Shown: piece by piece, positions 46,577 through 55,080 of the stretch
Position numbering within the stretch: the stretch's first letter is position 1
Layout: each line of letters opens with the position of its first letter
Assembly (NCBI GenBank): GCA_043739005.1
Contig: JAYUEY010000042.1
Coordinates: forward strand, 1 to 58,512
Direction: 5' to 3'
Origin: Tardiphaga sp.
Lineage (GTDB): Bacteria > Pseudomonadota > Alphaproteobacteria > Rhizobiales > Xanthobacteraceae
Length of the DNA: 58,512 nt
Program-made: the position numbers and the translations under genes
The notes under the pieces: generated by a model
Seen by the model: only the letters and a program-made list of their open reading frames with translations
Database searches by the model: none
Told to the model about the DNA's origin: nothing

Positions 46577-48853
46577 TCAGCTTGCGGCCCGCGTCTCGCC
46601 GAGGTTCTGGAAGAATTGATGGACTTCAGCCGGCTTGCGGCGCGGCGGCGATAATTCCTCCGGCGCGAAATCATCAACTTCGATGACGGCCATCGCGGCG
46701 GCCTGCGCCGTCTCGATTTGCTCGCCTTCGGCTTGGGTGATGATGCCCTTCGCCACGGCCTGCTTCCAGTCCTTCACCTTCGCGGATTTCATGCGCTTGG
46801 CGATTGGATCAGCCGCCGTGATAAGACGGAACGCTTTTTCCAGCCGCGCGACGCCGCGATCGTCATCGACAAATGCAAGGTCGGGCGTCAGCCGATCGCG
46901 CGTCGCCGATGGCGCGAGGATCATCTGCGCGCAAAGATGCGTCGTTACGTCCGAAGCACCCAGGACGCGCGCGCCGAACGGTTGCACGACGGTCTTGAGG
47001 ATGAACGCCACGAAGCGGTTCGGAAAATTCGCAAGAATTTCGGCGAAGCGATTCTCGATGGTCCGGAAGCCGGTCTGCATGCACCAATTGAGCGCCGGCA
47101 GATCTGCCTCCAAACGGCCTTCATCCTCCCAACGCTTTAACGCGGCGGAAAGCAGATATAATTCGGAAAGAATATCGCCATAGCGGGCCGACAACATCTC
47201 TTTGCGCTTGAGCGCGCCGCCCATCGTCAACAGCGCCATGTCGGCGCAGAGCGCGAAGCCGGCCGAATAACGCGAGAGCTGCCTGTAATATTTGGTCGCG
47301 TCACCTGCGTCCGGTGCCGGCGCGAAGATGCCGCCCGTCCAGTTGCGCGCGAAAGCGCGGCCAAGCGTCACGACGCTATGGCCGACATGCTGCCAGAATG
47401 TTCTATCGAAGGCATCGAGGCCGCGCGCCTTGTCAGTGTCCGCTAGCGCAGTCATTTCCTGCAACAAAAACGGATGCGCGCGGATCGCGCCTTGTCCGAA
47501 CACGATCAGGTTTCGCGTCAAAATATTCGCGCCTTCCACCGTGATGCCGACTGGTACGGACCGATACAGACTGCCCATGTAATTCTGCGGACCGTCGATC
47601 ACCGCCTTGCCGGCATGGATGTCCATCGCATCGTCGATTACGATGCGCATCCGCTCGGTGGCGTGCAGCTTCATGATGCCGGAGATCACCGCCGGATGGT
47701 GGCCCTCGTTCAACGCAGCGCAGGTCATGCGGCGCGCAGCGTCGAGCAGATAGGCCGTGCCGGCGATGCGCGCGAGCGGCTCCTCGATGCCTTCGAATTT
47801 GCCGATCGGCACGTTAAATTGCTCACGTACCCGCGCATAGGCACCTGTCGTGCGGGCCGCATAGGCCGCACCGGCGGCAGAGAGCGACGGCAACGAGATG
47901 CCGCGACCGGCAGCGAGCGCCGTCATCAGCATCTTCCAACCCTGTCCGAGGCGTTGCTGACCGCCGATCAGATAATCCATCGGAATGAAGACATCATGGC
48001 CCTTGTTCGGCCCGTTCTGAAACACCTGCATCGATGGCAGATGGCGGCGGCCGATCTCGACGCCAGGCAGATCGGTCGGGATGAGTGCCACTGTGATGCC
48101 GAGTTCATCCTGATCACCAACAAGATGATCCGGATCATAGGCTTTGAAGGCCAAGCCCAGCAGCGTCGCGACCGGGCCGAGCGTGATGTAGCGCTTGTGC
48201 CAATTCAACCTGAGGCCCAGAACCTCTTCACCTTGGAACGTACCCTTGCAGATGATGCCGGTATCGATCATCGCGGCGGCGTCTGAGCCGGCCTCCGGGC
48301 TGGTGAGGCCAAAGCACGGAATGTCACGGCCGTCGGCCAGGCGGGGCAGCCAGCGTTTGCGCTGGTCATCGGTGCCGAAATGCATCAGCAATTCACCGGG
48401 CCCGAGCGAGTTGGGCACCATCACGGTGACAGCGGCGACCAGCGAGCGCGACGAGATTTTACGCACCACTTCGGAGTGGCTATAGGGCGAGAAGCCGAGC
48501 CCGCCAAACTCTTTGGGGATAATCATGCCGAAGAATTTTTCGCGCTTGATATAGTCCCAGACGTCGGGCGGCAGGTCGCGCAATTCCCAATTGATCTTCC
48601 AGTCGTCGAGCATGGCGCAGAGCGTATTCACCGGGCCGTCCATAAAGGCCTGCTCTTCGGCGCTCAGTTTGGCAGGTTTATTGGCCAGCAGCTTCGCCCA
48701 ATCCGGATTGCCGGTGAAAAGGTCGGCATCCCACCACACGTCACCAGCTTCCAGAGCCTCGCGCTCGGTGTCCGACATCGTCGGCATTACTTTCTTGGCC
48801 CAGCCAAAAATCGGTTTGGTGAGGAGATCGCGGCGAAGGTTGAATGTGGACAT
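46577..48853 (-). CDS. fadE: Acyl-CoA dehydrogenase, long FadE type
   Basis: TEREALEAG, MVPNSLGP, FGLTSPEAGSDA, KRYITL, ITVEGANILTR, C-terminal VDDF. Confidence 0.92.
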   Translation of the reverse strand: MSTFNLRRDLLTKPIFGWAKKVMPTMSDTEREALEAGDVWWDADLFTGNPDWAKLLANKPAKLSAEEQAFMDGPVNTLCAMLDDWKINWELRDLPPDVWDYIKREKFFGMIIPKEFGGLGFSPYSHSEVVRKISSRSLVAAVTVMVPNSLGPGELLMHFGTDDQRKRWLPRLADGRDIPCFGLTSPEAGSDAAAMIDTGIICKGTFQGEEVLGLRLNWHKRYITLGPVATLLGLAFKAYDPDHLVGDQDELGITVALIPTDLPGVEIGRRHLPSMQVFQNGPNKGHDVFIPMDYLIGGQQRLGQGWKMLMTALAAGRGISLPSLSAAGAAYAARTTGAYARVREQFNVPIGKFEGIEEPLARIAGTAYLLDAARRMTCAALNEGHHPAVISGIMKLHATERMRIVIDDAMDIHAGKAVIDGPQNYMGSLYRSVPVGITVEGANILTRNLIVFGQGAIRAHPFLLQEMTALADTDKARGLDAFDRTFWQHVGHSVVTLGRAFARNWTGGIFAPAPDAGDATKYYRQLSRYSAGFALCADMALLTMGGALKRKEMLSARYGDILSELYLLSAALKRWEDEGRLEADLPALNWCMQTGFRTIENRFAEILANFPNRFVAFILKTVVQPFGARVLGASDVTTHLCAQMILAPSATRDRLTPDLAFVDDDRGVARLEKAFRLITAADPIAKRMKSAKVKDWKQAVAKGIITQAEGEQIETAQAAAMAVIEVDDFAPEELSPPRRKPAEVHQFFQNLGETRAAS

Positions 48854-48893
48854 GAGGCTCCCTTTCAGCGGGGCGTCTAACTGCGCTGATCAT

Positions 48894-48918
48894 AACGGAA
48901 CCGGAGAGGTACGGTTCC
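48894..48918 (-). promoter_or_regulatory. Sigma-EcfG-type promoter of the fadE operon
   Basis: Minus strand GGAAC-N16-CGTT, an exact consensus match, 40 bp upstream of the fadE ATG. Confidence 0.7.
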
Positions 48919-48971
48919 CGTTTTGGCCCGTCTGGCCCGTGACCGGTCGTCACGCTGCAAAGACGTGCGGT

Positions 48972-49604
48972 TCAATCCGGCCGGATCATCTCGAACATCG
49001 CCTCAGGGGCGACTTCGAAATAATCGCCCATCCGGCCGGCGCGGAGGATCGGATGCGCCAGCGCAGTCTGGTAAACGCCATCGACAATCAATGTCTTGTC
49101 GATATGGACCGCGACCACCTCGCCCATCGTCAGGATGCTTTGCGCGTCGCTGCCGTCGGCAGCCTTCAACTGGATGATCTGCGTCACCTTGCATTCAAAC
49201 GACACGCGGCTTTCGCCGACACGCGGCACCTTCACAAGTCGGCTCGGCACTTTCGTGAGGCCGCCAAGCTCGAACTCATCGGTATCATGCGGGACATGCG
49301 CCGCCGTTGCGTTCATCTTGGTGTCGAGATCCTTCGTCACCAAATTCCATGTAAATTCACCGGTCTCCTTGATATTGGAGACGCTGTCTTTCCACGTCGT
49401 CGAGGCAAAGCCGATCAACGGCGGCTTGTAGCAAAAAGCGTTGAAGAAACTGTAGGGCGCGAGATTGACATGGCCCTTGGCGTCTTGCGATGCGATCCAG
49501 CCGATCGGGCGTGGCCCGACGATGGCGTTGAAAGGATCGTGCTTGAGGCCGTGGCCGTTTACCGGCTCGTAGGAATGCAGATCAATCACGCGAGTATCCT
49601 TCAT
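48972..49604 (-). CDS. Flavin reductase family protein
   Basis: GHGLKHDPF, PRPIGWI, NLAPYSFFN, DEF, FECK motifs. Confidence 0.9.
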   Translation of the reverse strand: MKDTRVIDLHSYEPVNGHGLKHDPFNAIVGPRPIGWIASQDAKGHVNLAPYSFFNAFCYKPPLIGFASTTWKDSVSNIKETGEFTWNLVTKDLDTKMNATAAHVPHDTDEFELGGLTKVPSRLVKVPRVGESRVSFECKVTQIIQLKAADGSDAQSILTMGEVVAVHIDKTLIVDGVYQTALAHPILRAGRMGDYFEVAPEAMFEMIRPD

Positions 49605-49673
49605 GTGCAGCGAGACGCGCACATTACGACGCGATCCCGGCGGCGGCAAACGATGCCACCAGTTGTCACGGCA

Positions 49674-49790
49674 TCATTTGCCCGCCGCCGCCTTCTCCAG
49701 CGCCGCGACATCCAGTTTGATGGCTTCGTAGAACGCCACCGACCGTAGCAAATCAGTTACAGGCAGATTGACGAAAATCATTTTTGCGAT
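49674..49790 (-). pseudogene. Chimeric VOC/glyoxalase remnant (35 aa)
   Basis: (I)AK-MIFVNLPVTDLLRSVAFYEAI joined to KLDVAALEKAAAGK*. The AAGGA RBS precedes an ATC where an ATG is expected. Confidence 0.75.
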
Positions 49791-49863
49791 GGCTGACTTC
49801 CTTGGGATGCTCCACAGGACGAATAGCGGATGATGACGGCTCTGTGTGTCGCGGTTCTAAGGA

Positions 49864-50397
49864 TTATTTTTTCTCAGACGTGTCTGGATGTACCGGATCG
49901 ACCCACAGCACCGTCTCCGGCTTTTCGACCGGCGCGATGTCGAGATTGATCGCGACCGCCTCGCCGTCGCTGCGCACCAGCACACATTCCAGAATTTCAT
50001 TCGGGCTGGCGTTGATTTCCTGGTGCGGCACATAAGGCGGAATGAAAATGAAATCGCCCGGCCCGGCCTCGGCGGTGAATTGCAATGCCTCCCCCCAACG
50101 CATCCGCGCTCTGCCGCGCACCACAAAAATGATACTCTCAAGATGCCCGTGATGATGCGCGCCGGTTTTCGCATCCGGCTTGATCGTTACGGTGCCCGCC
50201 CATAATTTTTGCGCGCCGACGCGCGCAAAATTGATTGCGGCCTTGCGGTCCATTCCGGCGGTGGATGGCACGTTTGAATCAAGATTGTCGCCGGGAATGA
50301 CGCGCACGCCGTCATGTTTCCAGCGGTCTGTGTCATGAGAATGCGCGTGCGCATCTGAATGATCGTGGCCATGCGTGTGATCGTGTGAACCGCTCAT
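49864..50397 (-). CDS. Cupin domain protein with His-rich N-terminus
   Basis: [10 protein letters not shown] and [14 protein letters not shown] cupin motifs. Confidence 0.9.
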   Translation of the reverse strand: MSGSHDHTHGHDHSDAHAHSHDTDRWKHDGVRVIPGDNLDSNVPSTAGMDRKAAINFARVGAQKLWAGTVTIKPDAKTGAHHHGHLESIIFVVRGRARMRWGEALQFTAEAGPGDFIFIPPYVPHQEINASPNEILECVLVRSDGEAVAINLDIAPVEKPETVLWVDPVHPDTSEKK

Positions 50398-50461
50398 GCT
50401 GTTGCCTTGTGTGTTGACCAAAAGCCGCGCTGCTCTGTCGCATCACGTCGTGTTTTTAGCT

Positions 50462-50486
50462 GGAACATAAAAGCACCTTGGCAATT
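50462..50486 (+). promoter_or_regulatory. Putative sigma-EcfG promoter of csbD
   Basis: GGAAC-N18-TT; csbD is a classic general-stress gene. Confidence 0.6.
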
Positions 50487-50523
50487 GACTCCGCGAAGAT
50501 CAACCAGCGCAAAGGAGAACGTC

Positions 50524-50730
50524 ATGAGCAGCACCAGTGACAAGATCAAGGGTACCGCGAACGAGTACGTTGGCAAGGCCAAGCAGGGTATCGGCGAAGC
50601 CGTCGGCTCCGAGAAATTGCAGGGCGAAGGCGCGATCCAGGAAGGCAAGGGCCATGCCCAGCAGGCCGTAGGCGACGCGAAAGCCGCAGCCGAGAAGGCC
50701 GCAGCCAAAGCCAAGGATGCTCTGAAGTAA
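50524..50730 (+). CDS. csbD: CsbD family stress protein
   Basis: AAGGAG RBS; [17 protein letters not shown]...EG..QE.KG.AQ..VGDAK. Confidence 0.93.
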   Translation: MSSTSDKIKGTANEYVGKAKQGIGEAVGSEKLQGEGAIQEGKGHAQQAVGDAKAAAEKAAAKAKDALK

Positions 50731-50761
50731 TTTAGTCTCGGTTTTCAATGATCGACGTGTG

Positions 50762-50800
50762 AGAGCCGGCCCGCAAGGGTCGGCTTTCTGCATTTTGTTT
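50762..50800 (+). terminator. Intrinsic terminator after csbD
   Basis: AGAGCCGGCCC-GCAA-GGGTCGGCTTT followed by a T-rich tail. Confidence 0.7.
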
Positions 50801-50806
50801 CGTTCG

Positions 50807-51016
50807 TTAATAATGCGGCGGCGGCTCGTTGGTGGGGTTTGTTGCGACGCGAGATTCGGCTTCCTGTAAACGCTCACGCAAATTTGCGAATTGCCGCGTC
50901 AGCACATCGATCTGAGCCCATTGCGCAGTGATGGTTGCGTTCAAAGCCTCGATGGTTTCATGCTGATAGGCCAGCCGCATTTCCAGCGCATCGACGCGCG
51001 TTTCCAAATCATTCAT
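50807..51016 (-). CDS. slyX: SlyX family protein
   Basis: RVDALEMRLAYQ..TIEALN...EPPPHY C-terminus. Confidence 0.93.
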   Translation of the reverse strand: MNDLETRVDALEMRLAYQHETIEALNATITAQWAQIDVLTRQFANLRERLQEAESRVATNPTNEPPPHY

Positions 51017-51022
51017 TCGACA

Positions 51023-51787
51023 TCACTCATCGGGCGCGCCTTCCAAAAATAATTCGCGGCGACGTGTTTCCTGCAAGCCGTGCGTCAAGGCAATGCGGTC
51101 GTCGAATACGAAACAATCGCCACGCCATCGGCTGTCGGCTTCAGGGATACGTTCGAGATAATTCAAGATGCCGCCCTTGAGGTGAAACACATTCGTGAAG
51201 CCGTGCGCGAGCAAATAAGAGCTTGCCTTCTCGCAGCGGATGCCGCCGGTGCAGAACATCGCGACCTTGGTATGTTTTGCCTGATCGAGCCCCGCCGCGA
51301 AATCCTTAAACTCGCCGAAGCTCGCGAGCTTCGGATCAATCGCGCCCTCGAATGTGCCGAGCGCGACCTCGAAGGCGTTGCGGGTGTCGATCACCAGCAC
51401 GTCGGGCTGGTCAATCAGCGCATTCCAATCGGCGGCATCGACGTAAGTTCCGACCGCGCGCAATGGGTCGACCTGCGGATCGCCAAGCGTCACGATCTCG
51501 CGCTTGAGCCGGACTTTCATCCGCACGAAGGGCATCTCGGTCGCTATTGAGAATTTCAGTTCGAGATTATCGAGTCGGCCGCCAAACAATGCTCCGTGGC
51601 GCAATTCGGCGATCAGCGCATCGATCGCGCTATCGTCACCTGCGACGGTGCCGTTGATGCCCTCACCTGCGAGCAGGATGGTGCCTTTGATGCCGTGCTC
51701 CGTACAGAAGGCGCGCAGCGGCTCGCGCAAGGCGGAGTTATCCGGCAGCGCAGCGAATTGATAAAAAGCGGCAACCTTGTAGGGCAT
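51023..51787 (-). CDS. trhO: Rhodanese-domain tRNA uridine(34) hydroxylase TrhO/YceA
   Basis: [44 protein letters not shown] motifs. Confidence 0.9.
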   Translation of the reverse strand: MPYKVAAFYQFAALPDNSALREPLRAFCTEHGIKGTILLAGEGINGTVAGDDSAIDALIAELRHGALFGGRLDNLELKFSIATEMPFVRMKVRLKREIVTLGDPQVDPLRAVGTYVDAADWNALIDQPDVLVIDTRNAFEVALGTFEGAIDPKLASFGEFKDFAAGLDQAKHTKVAMFCTGGIRCEKASSYLLAHGFTNVFHLKGGILNYLERIPEADSRWRGDCFVFDDRIALTHGLQETRRRELFLEGAPDE

Positions 51788-52067
51788 CGCGGCGGTTTAG
51801 CAGGCGCAACCGTCATGGGAAAGCCGACCGTCACTCTGTAGCGCCAGCCGATTGCCCCGTCGCGATCGAGTGAGTCTCGGAGTGCGATGGTTGCGTGTAG
51901 CCATCTTTTGAGGCTCGCCTGAAGTAGGACTTGCACCTCATGCCAAAAGGACTTTGTTTGGCCAGGATCGCGCCGGACCACGAGTCCCATTTGCTCGCCT
52001 CAACCCGCTATGGCATGAGTTTCACTAGTATACTGCGTGCCACGAACTCGTATTGAAAGACTTCCCG

Positions 52068-53654
52068 ATGAGGAATTTCCACTTCGCCGGACGCTCCAGC
52101 GTCCATTCTTTGAACGGGATGGTGGCGACATCGCACCCACACGCCTCTCTGGTTGCACTCGATGTGTTGCGCGCGGGCGGCACGGCGGCCGACGCAGCGG
52201 TCGCGGCCTGCGCGCTGCTCGGCGTCATCGAGCCGCAATCGACCGGCATCGGCGGAGACTGCTTCGCGCTGTATCAGCCGAAGGGCACTGGCAAGATCCA
52301 TTCCTACAACGGCTCCGGCCGCGCCCCAAAAGCGGCCGAGGTGCAGTGGTATCTCGATCAGGGCATGACCGCGATCGCGCTGACGTCACCGCATTCCGTA
52401 ACGATCCCCGGCGCGATCGATGCCTGGCAGACGATTCTCGACGACCATGGCAAGTTCGGATTCGACCGGCTGTTTCAACCCGCGATCGAAGCCGCAGAGA
52501 ACGGTTATGTCGTAGCCCCGCGCATCGCCTTCGACTGGAAGAACGGCTTCGAGAAGCTGAAGAAGGGCGTCAACACCGCGCGCTATCTGTTGCCGCACGG
52601 CAAGGCCGCCGTCGCCGGCGCCGTCATCCACCAGAAAGAACTCGGCGCGACGCTGCGCGCCATCGCCGAGCGTGGTCGTGATGCCTTCTATACCGGCGCG
52701 ATCGCGCAGGACATGGTCAACACGCTGCGCGGTATCGGTGGGTTGCACACGGTCGAGGATTTCGCGGCCCATACGACCGAGCGCACGACGCCGATTAGCA
52801 TCGCTTACAAGGGCTATGAGGCCTGGCAGTGCCCACCGAACAATCCCGGCGTGACCATGCTTGTGATGCTCAACATCCTCAAGCATTTCGATCTGACGAA
52901 ATATCCGGCGATGAGCATCGAGCGTTTTCATCTCGAAGCCGAGGCCGCGCGCGTTGCTTACATGATGCGCGAGCAGATCGTCGGCGATCCTCAGTTTGTC
53001 GAGGTCGATACGGCACGCGTTCTGTCGGAAGACTACGCAAAGGGCTATGCCGACAAAATCCGCATGGACGGCTTGCTCGATCTGCCGAAGGTCTCACCGC
53101 CGATGAATCCATCGACAGTCTATATCTCGATCGTCGACAAGGACCGCAACGTTTGCTCGTTCATCAATTCGGTGGCGCATTCCTTTGGCTCGGCGATCGT
53201 GTCGGAGAACACCGGAGTGCTGTTGCAGAATCGCGGCGCCGGCTTCCGCCTCGAACCGGACCATCCGAATTGCATCGCGCCTCGAAAGCGGCCGCTGCAC
53301 ACAATCATCCCAAGCCTACTCACCAAGGACGGTCGCGGCGTGATGCCGTTCGGCGTCATGGGTGGGCAGTACCAGCCGGTCGGACAGGTCCGCATCCTCA
53401 CCAATATGCTCGATTACGGCATGGACATTCAGGAAGCGATCGATCAGCCCCGCGGCCTACACTATGAGGGTGTCTACCAGCTTGAAGACAGCGTCCCGAC
53501 GGACATCGCCGACGGCCTGCGCAAAATCGGCCACCAGATCGGCACGACAGTCGCACCTTGGGGTGGCGCTCAGGCGATCTGGATCGATTGGGAAAAAGGC
53601 ACGCTCACGGGCGGCTCGGAGCCACGCAAGGACGGCTGCGCACTGGGGTATTGA
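52068..53654 (+). CDS. ggt: Gamma-glutamyltransferase family protein
   Basis: TGIGGDCF, VTIPG, STVY (catalytic Thr), LQNRG, KRPLHTIIP, GVMGG, PRKDG motifs. Confidence 0.94.
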   Translation: MRNFHFAGRSSVHSLNGMVATSHPHASLVALDVLRAGGTAADAAVAACALLGVIEPQSTGIGGDCFALYQPKGTGKIHSYNGSGRAPKAAEVQWYLDQGMTAIALTSPHSVTIPGAIDAWQTILDDHGKFGFDRLFQPAIEAAENGYVVAPRIAFDWKNGFEKLKKGVNTARYLLPHGKAAVAGAVIHQKELGATLRAIAERGRDAFYTGAIAQDMVNTLRGIGGLHTVEDFAAHTTERTTPISIAYKGYEAWQCPPNNPGVTMLVMLNILKHFDLTKYPAMSIERFHLEAEAARVAYMMREQIVGDPQFVEVDTARVLSEDYAKGYADKIRMDGLLDLPKVSPPMNPSTVYISIVDKDRNVCSFINSVAHSFGSAIVSENTGVLLQNRGAGFRLEPDHPNCIAPRKRPLHTIIPSLLTKDGRGVMPFGVMGGQYQPVGQVRILTNMLDYGMDIQEAIDQPRGLHYEGVYQLEDSVPTDIADGLRKIGHQIGTTVAPWGGAQAIWIDWEKGTLTGGSEPRKDGCALGY

Positions 53655-53687
53655 GACGCGAAACAACGACGTGCGCGTCCCGGAAAC

Positions 53688-53708
53688 AAAAAAGCCCCTC
53701 GGGGCTTT
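53688..53708. terminator. Short hairpin after ggt; longer U-tail on the minus strand
   Basis: AAAAAAGCCC-CTCG-GGGCTTT. Confidence 0.55.
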
Positions 53709-53766
53709 AGTCCACATCCATGAGCCGGCGAATTTCACCATGCGACGCCGGCTGCGACATCGATGG

Positions 53767-53782
53767 TTAATCGCGTCTTAAC
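53767..53782. promoter_or_regulatory. CtrA box upstream of aminotransferase-ftsK-lolA
   Basis: TTAA-TCGCGTC-TTAAC matches TTAA-N7-TTAAC; a -10-like TATGCT follows at 53794. Confidence 0.7.
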
Positions 53783-53857
53783 CCTGCCGTATCTATGCTG
53801 GCCCGATCCCGTCTCGGTTGCCTGAGCGGTAGCCGTTGCAGAGTTTTGGCGTCATCC

Positions 53858-55072
53858 ATGTCCAGCAATATGTCATCCGGCCAGACAGTCTCGCGCGCGA
53901 CAGCCGAGAGCGAACGCTCGCCCTTCGCGCGGCTGACCGAACTGCTGGCGCCGCATAAGCCTGCCAAGCCGTTGATCACCATGTCGCTGGGCGAACCGCA
54001 GCATCCCCTGCCCGCTTTCGTGGGCCCGGTGCTGGCGCAGCATCTGCCTGATTTCGGCCGATACCCGATGGCCAAAGGCATCGAACCGTTTCGCCGCGCG
54101 GCATCGAACTGGCTGGCCAAGCGCTTCAGCCTGCCCCGCGCCGCTGATCCCGAGAGCGAAATTCTGGTGCTGAACGGCAGCCGCGAAGGGTTATTTTTCG
54201 CGGCAATCGCCGCCGCGCGTTATGTCAAAGATCGTAATGGACCGCCGGCAATCCTGATGCCGAATCCGTTTTATCCGGCCTATGGCGCTGGCGCGAAAGC
54301 CGCCGGTTGCGAACCGATCTTTTTGCCGACAACACTCGCCAATGGCTTCTTGCCTGACCTCGATGCGCTGGATGAGGCGACATTGGCGCGCACGGTGGCG
54401 ATGTTCATCGCCTCGCCAGCTAATCCGCAGGGCGCGGTCGCCTCGAAAGAGTATTTCAGCAAGCTGCATAGGCTCGCCGAACGCTTCGGCTTCATCATTC
54501 TCGCCGACGAATGCTATTCGGAAATCTACACGCGCGACGCGCCCGGCTCGATGCTCGAACACGCCGGGCCGAACTTCAAAAACGTCGTGGCTTTCCAGTC
54601 GCTGTCGAAGCGCTCGAATCTCGCCGGCATGCGTGTCGGCTTCGCTGCGGGTGACGCCAGGTTTCTTGAAGCCTATCACGAGCTGCGCAATGTCGCCGCG
54701 CCGCAGGTGCCGGTGCCGCTGCAGCATGTGGCCATCGCCGCCTATAGCGACGAGACCCACGTCGAGGAAAATCGGCGGCTCTATCGCATCAAGTTCGATC
54801 TCGCGGACCAAATTCTTGGTGGCCGCTTCGGCTATATCAGACCGGCTGGCGGCTTCTGCCTGTGGCTGGATGTCTCGGCGCATGGCGGCGACGAAGCGGC
54901 GACGCTGACACTTTACAAGGATGCCGGCGTGCGCGTGGTGCCCGGCAGCTATCTCGCACGGGCGCAGGCCGACAACAGCAATCCCGGCGCGGGTTATATC
55001 CGCCTCGCAATGGTGCAAGACGCAGACACGACAGCGGAGGCGCTGCATCGCCTCGTGCAAATTCTGGATTGA
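53858..55072 (+). CDS. Class I/II PLP aminotransferase (DapC-like)
   Basis: LGEPQH, GSREGLF, SPANPQG, DECYSE, SLSKRSN (PLP lysine). Start is 53858 or 53870. Confidence 0.9.
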   Translation: MSSNMSSGQTVSRATAESERSPFARLTELLAPHKPAKPLITMSLGEPQHPLPAFVGPVLAQHLPDFGRYPMAKGIEPFRRAASNWLAKRFSLPRAADPESEILVLNGSREGLFFAAIAAARYVKDRNGPPAILMPNPFYPAYGAGAKAAGCEPIFLPTTLANGFLPDLDALDEATLARTVAMFIASPANPQGAVASKEYFSKLHRLAERFGFIILADECYSEIYTRDAPGSMLEHAGPNFKNVVAFQSLSKRSNLAGMRVGFAAGDARFLEAYHELRNVAAPQVPVPLQHVAIAAYSDETHVEENRRLYRIKFDLADQILGGRFGYIRPAGGFCLWLDVSAHGGDEAATLTLYKDAGVRVVPGSYLARAQADNSNPGAGYIRLAMVQDADTTAEALHRLVQILD

Positions 55073-55080
55073 CCGCCCGC

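Noticed and set aside
51788-52060. TGGCATGAG inverted pair and TGGCACG in the trhO-ggt intergenic region as sigma-54 sites
   Set aside because: No correctly spaced TTGC (-12) element.
54862-55080. Long N-terminal extension of FtsK (similar extensions on CobW, CbiB, thiolase and FadJ ORFs)
   Set aside because: These overlap the upstream genes. Downstream starts fit the operon spacing and family N-termini.
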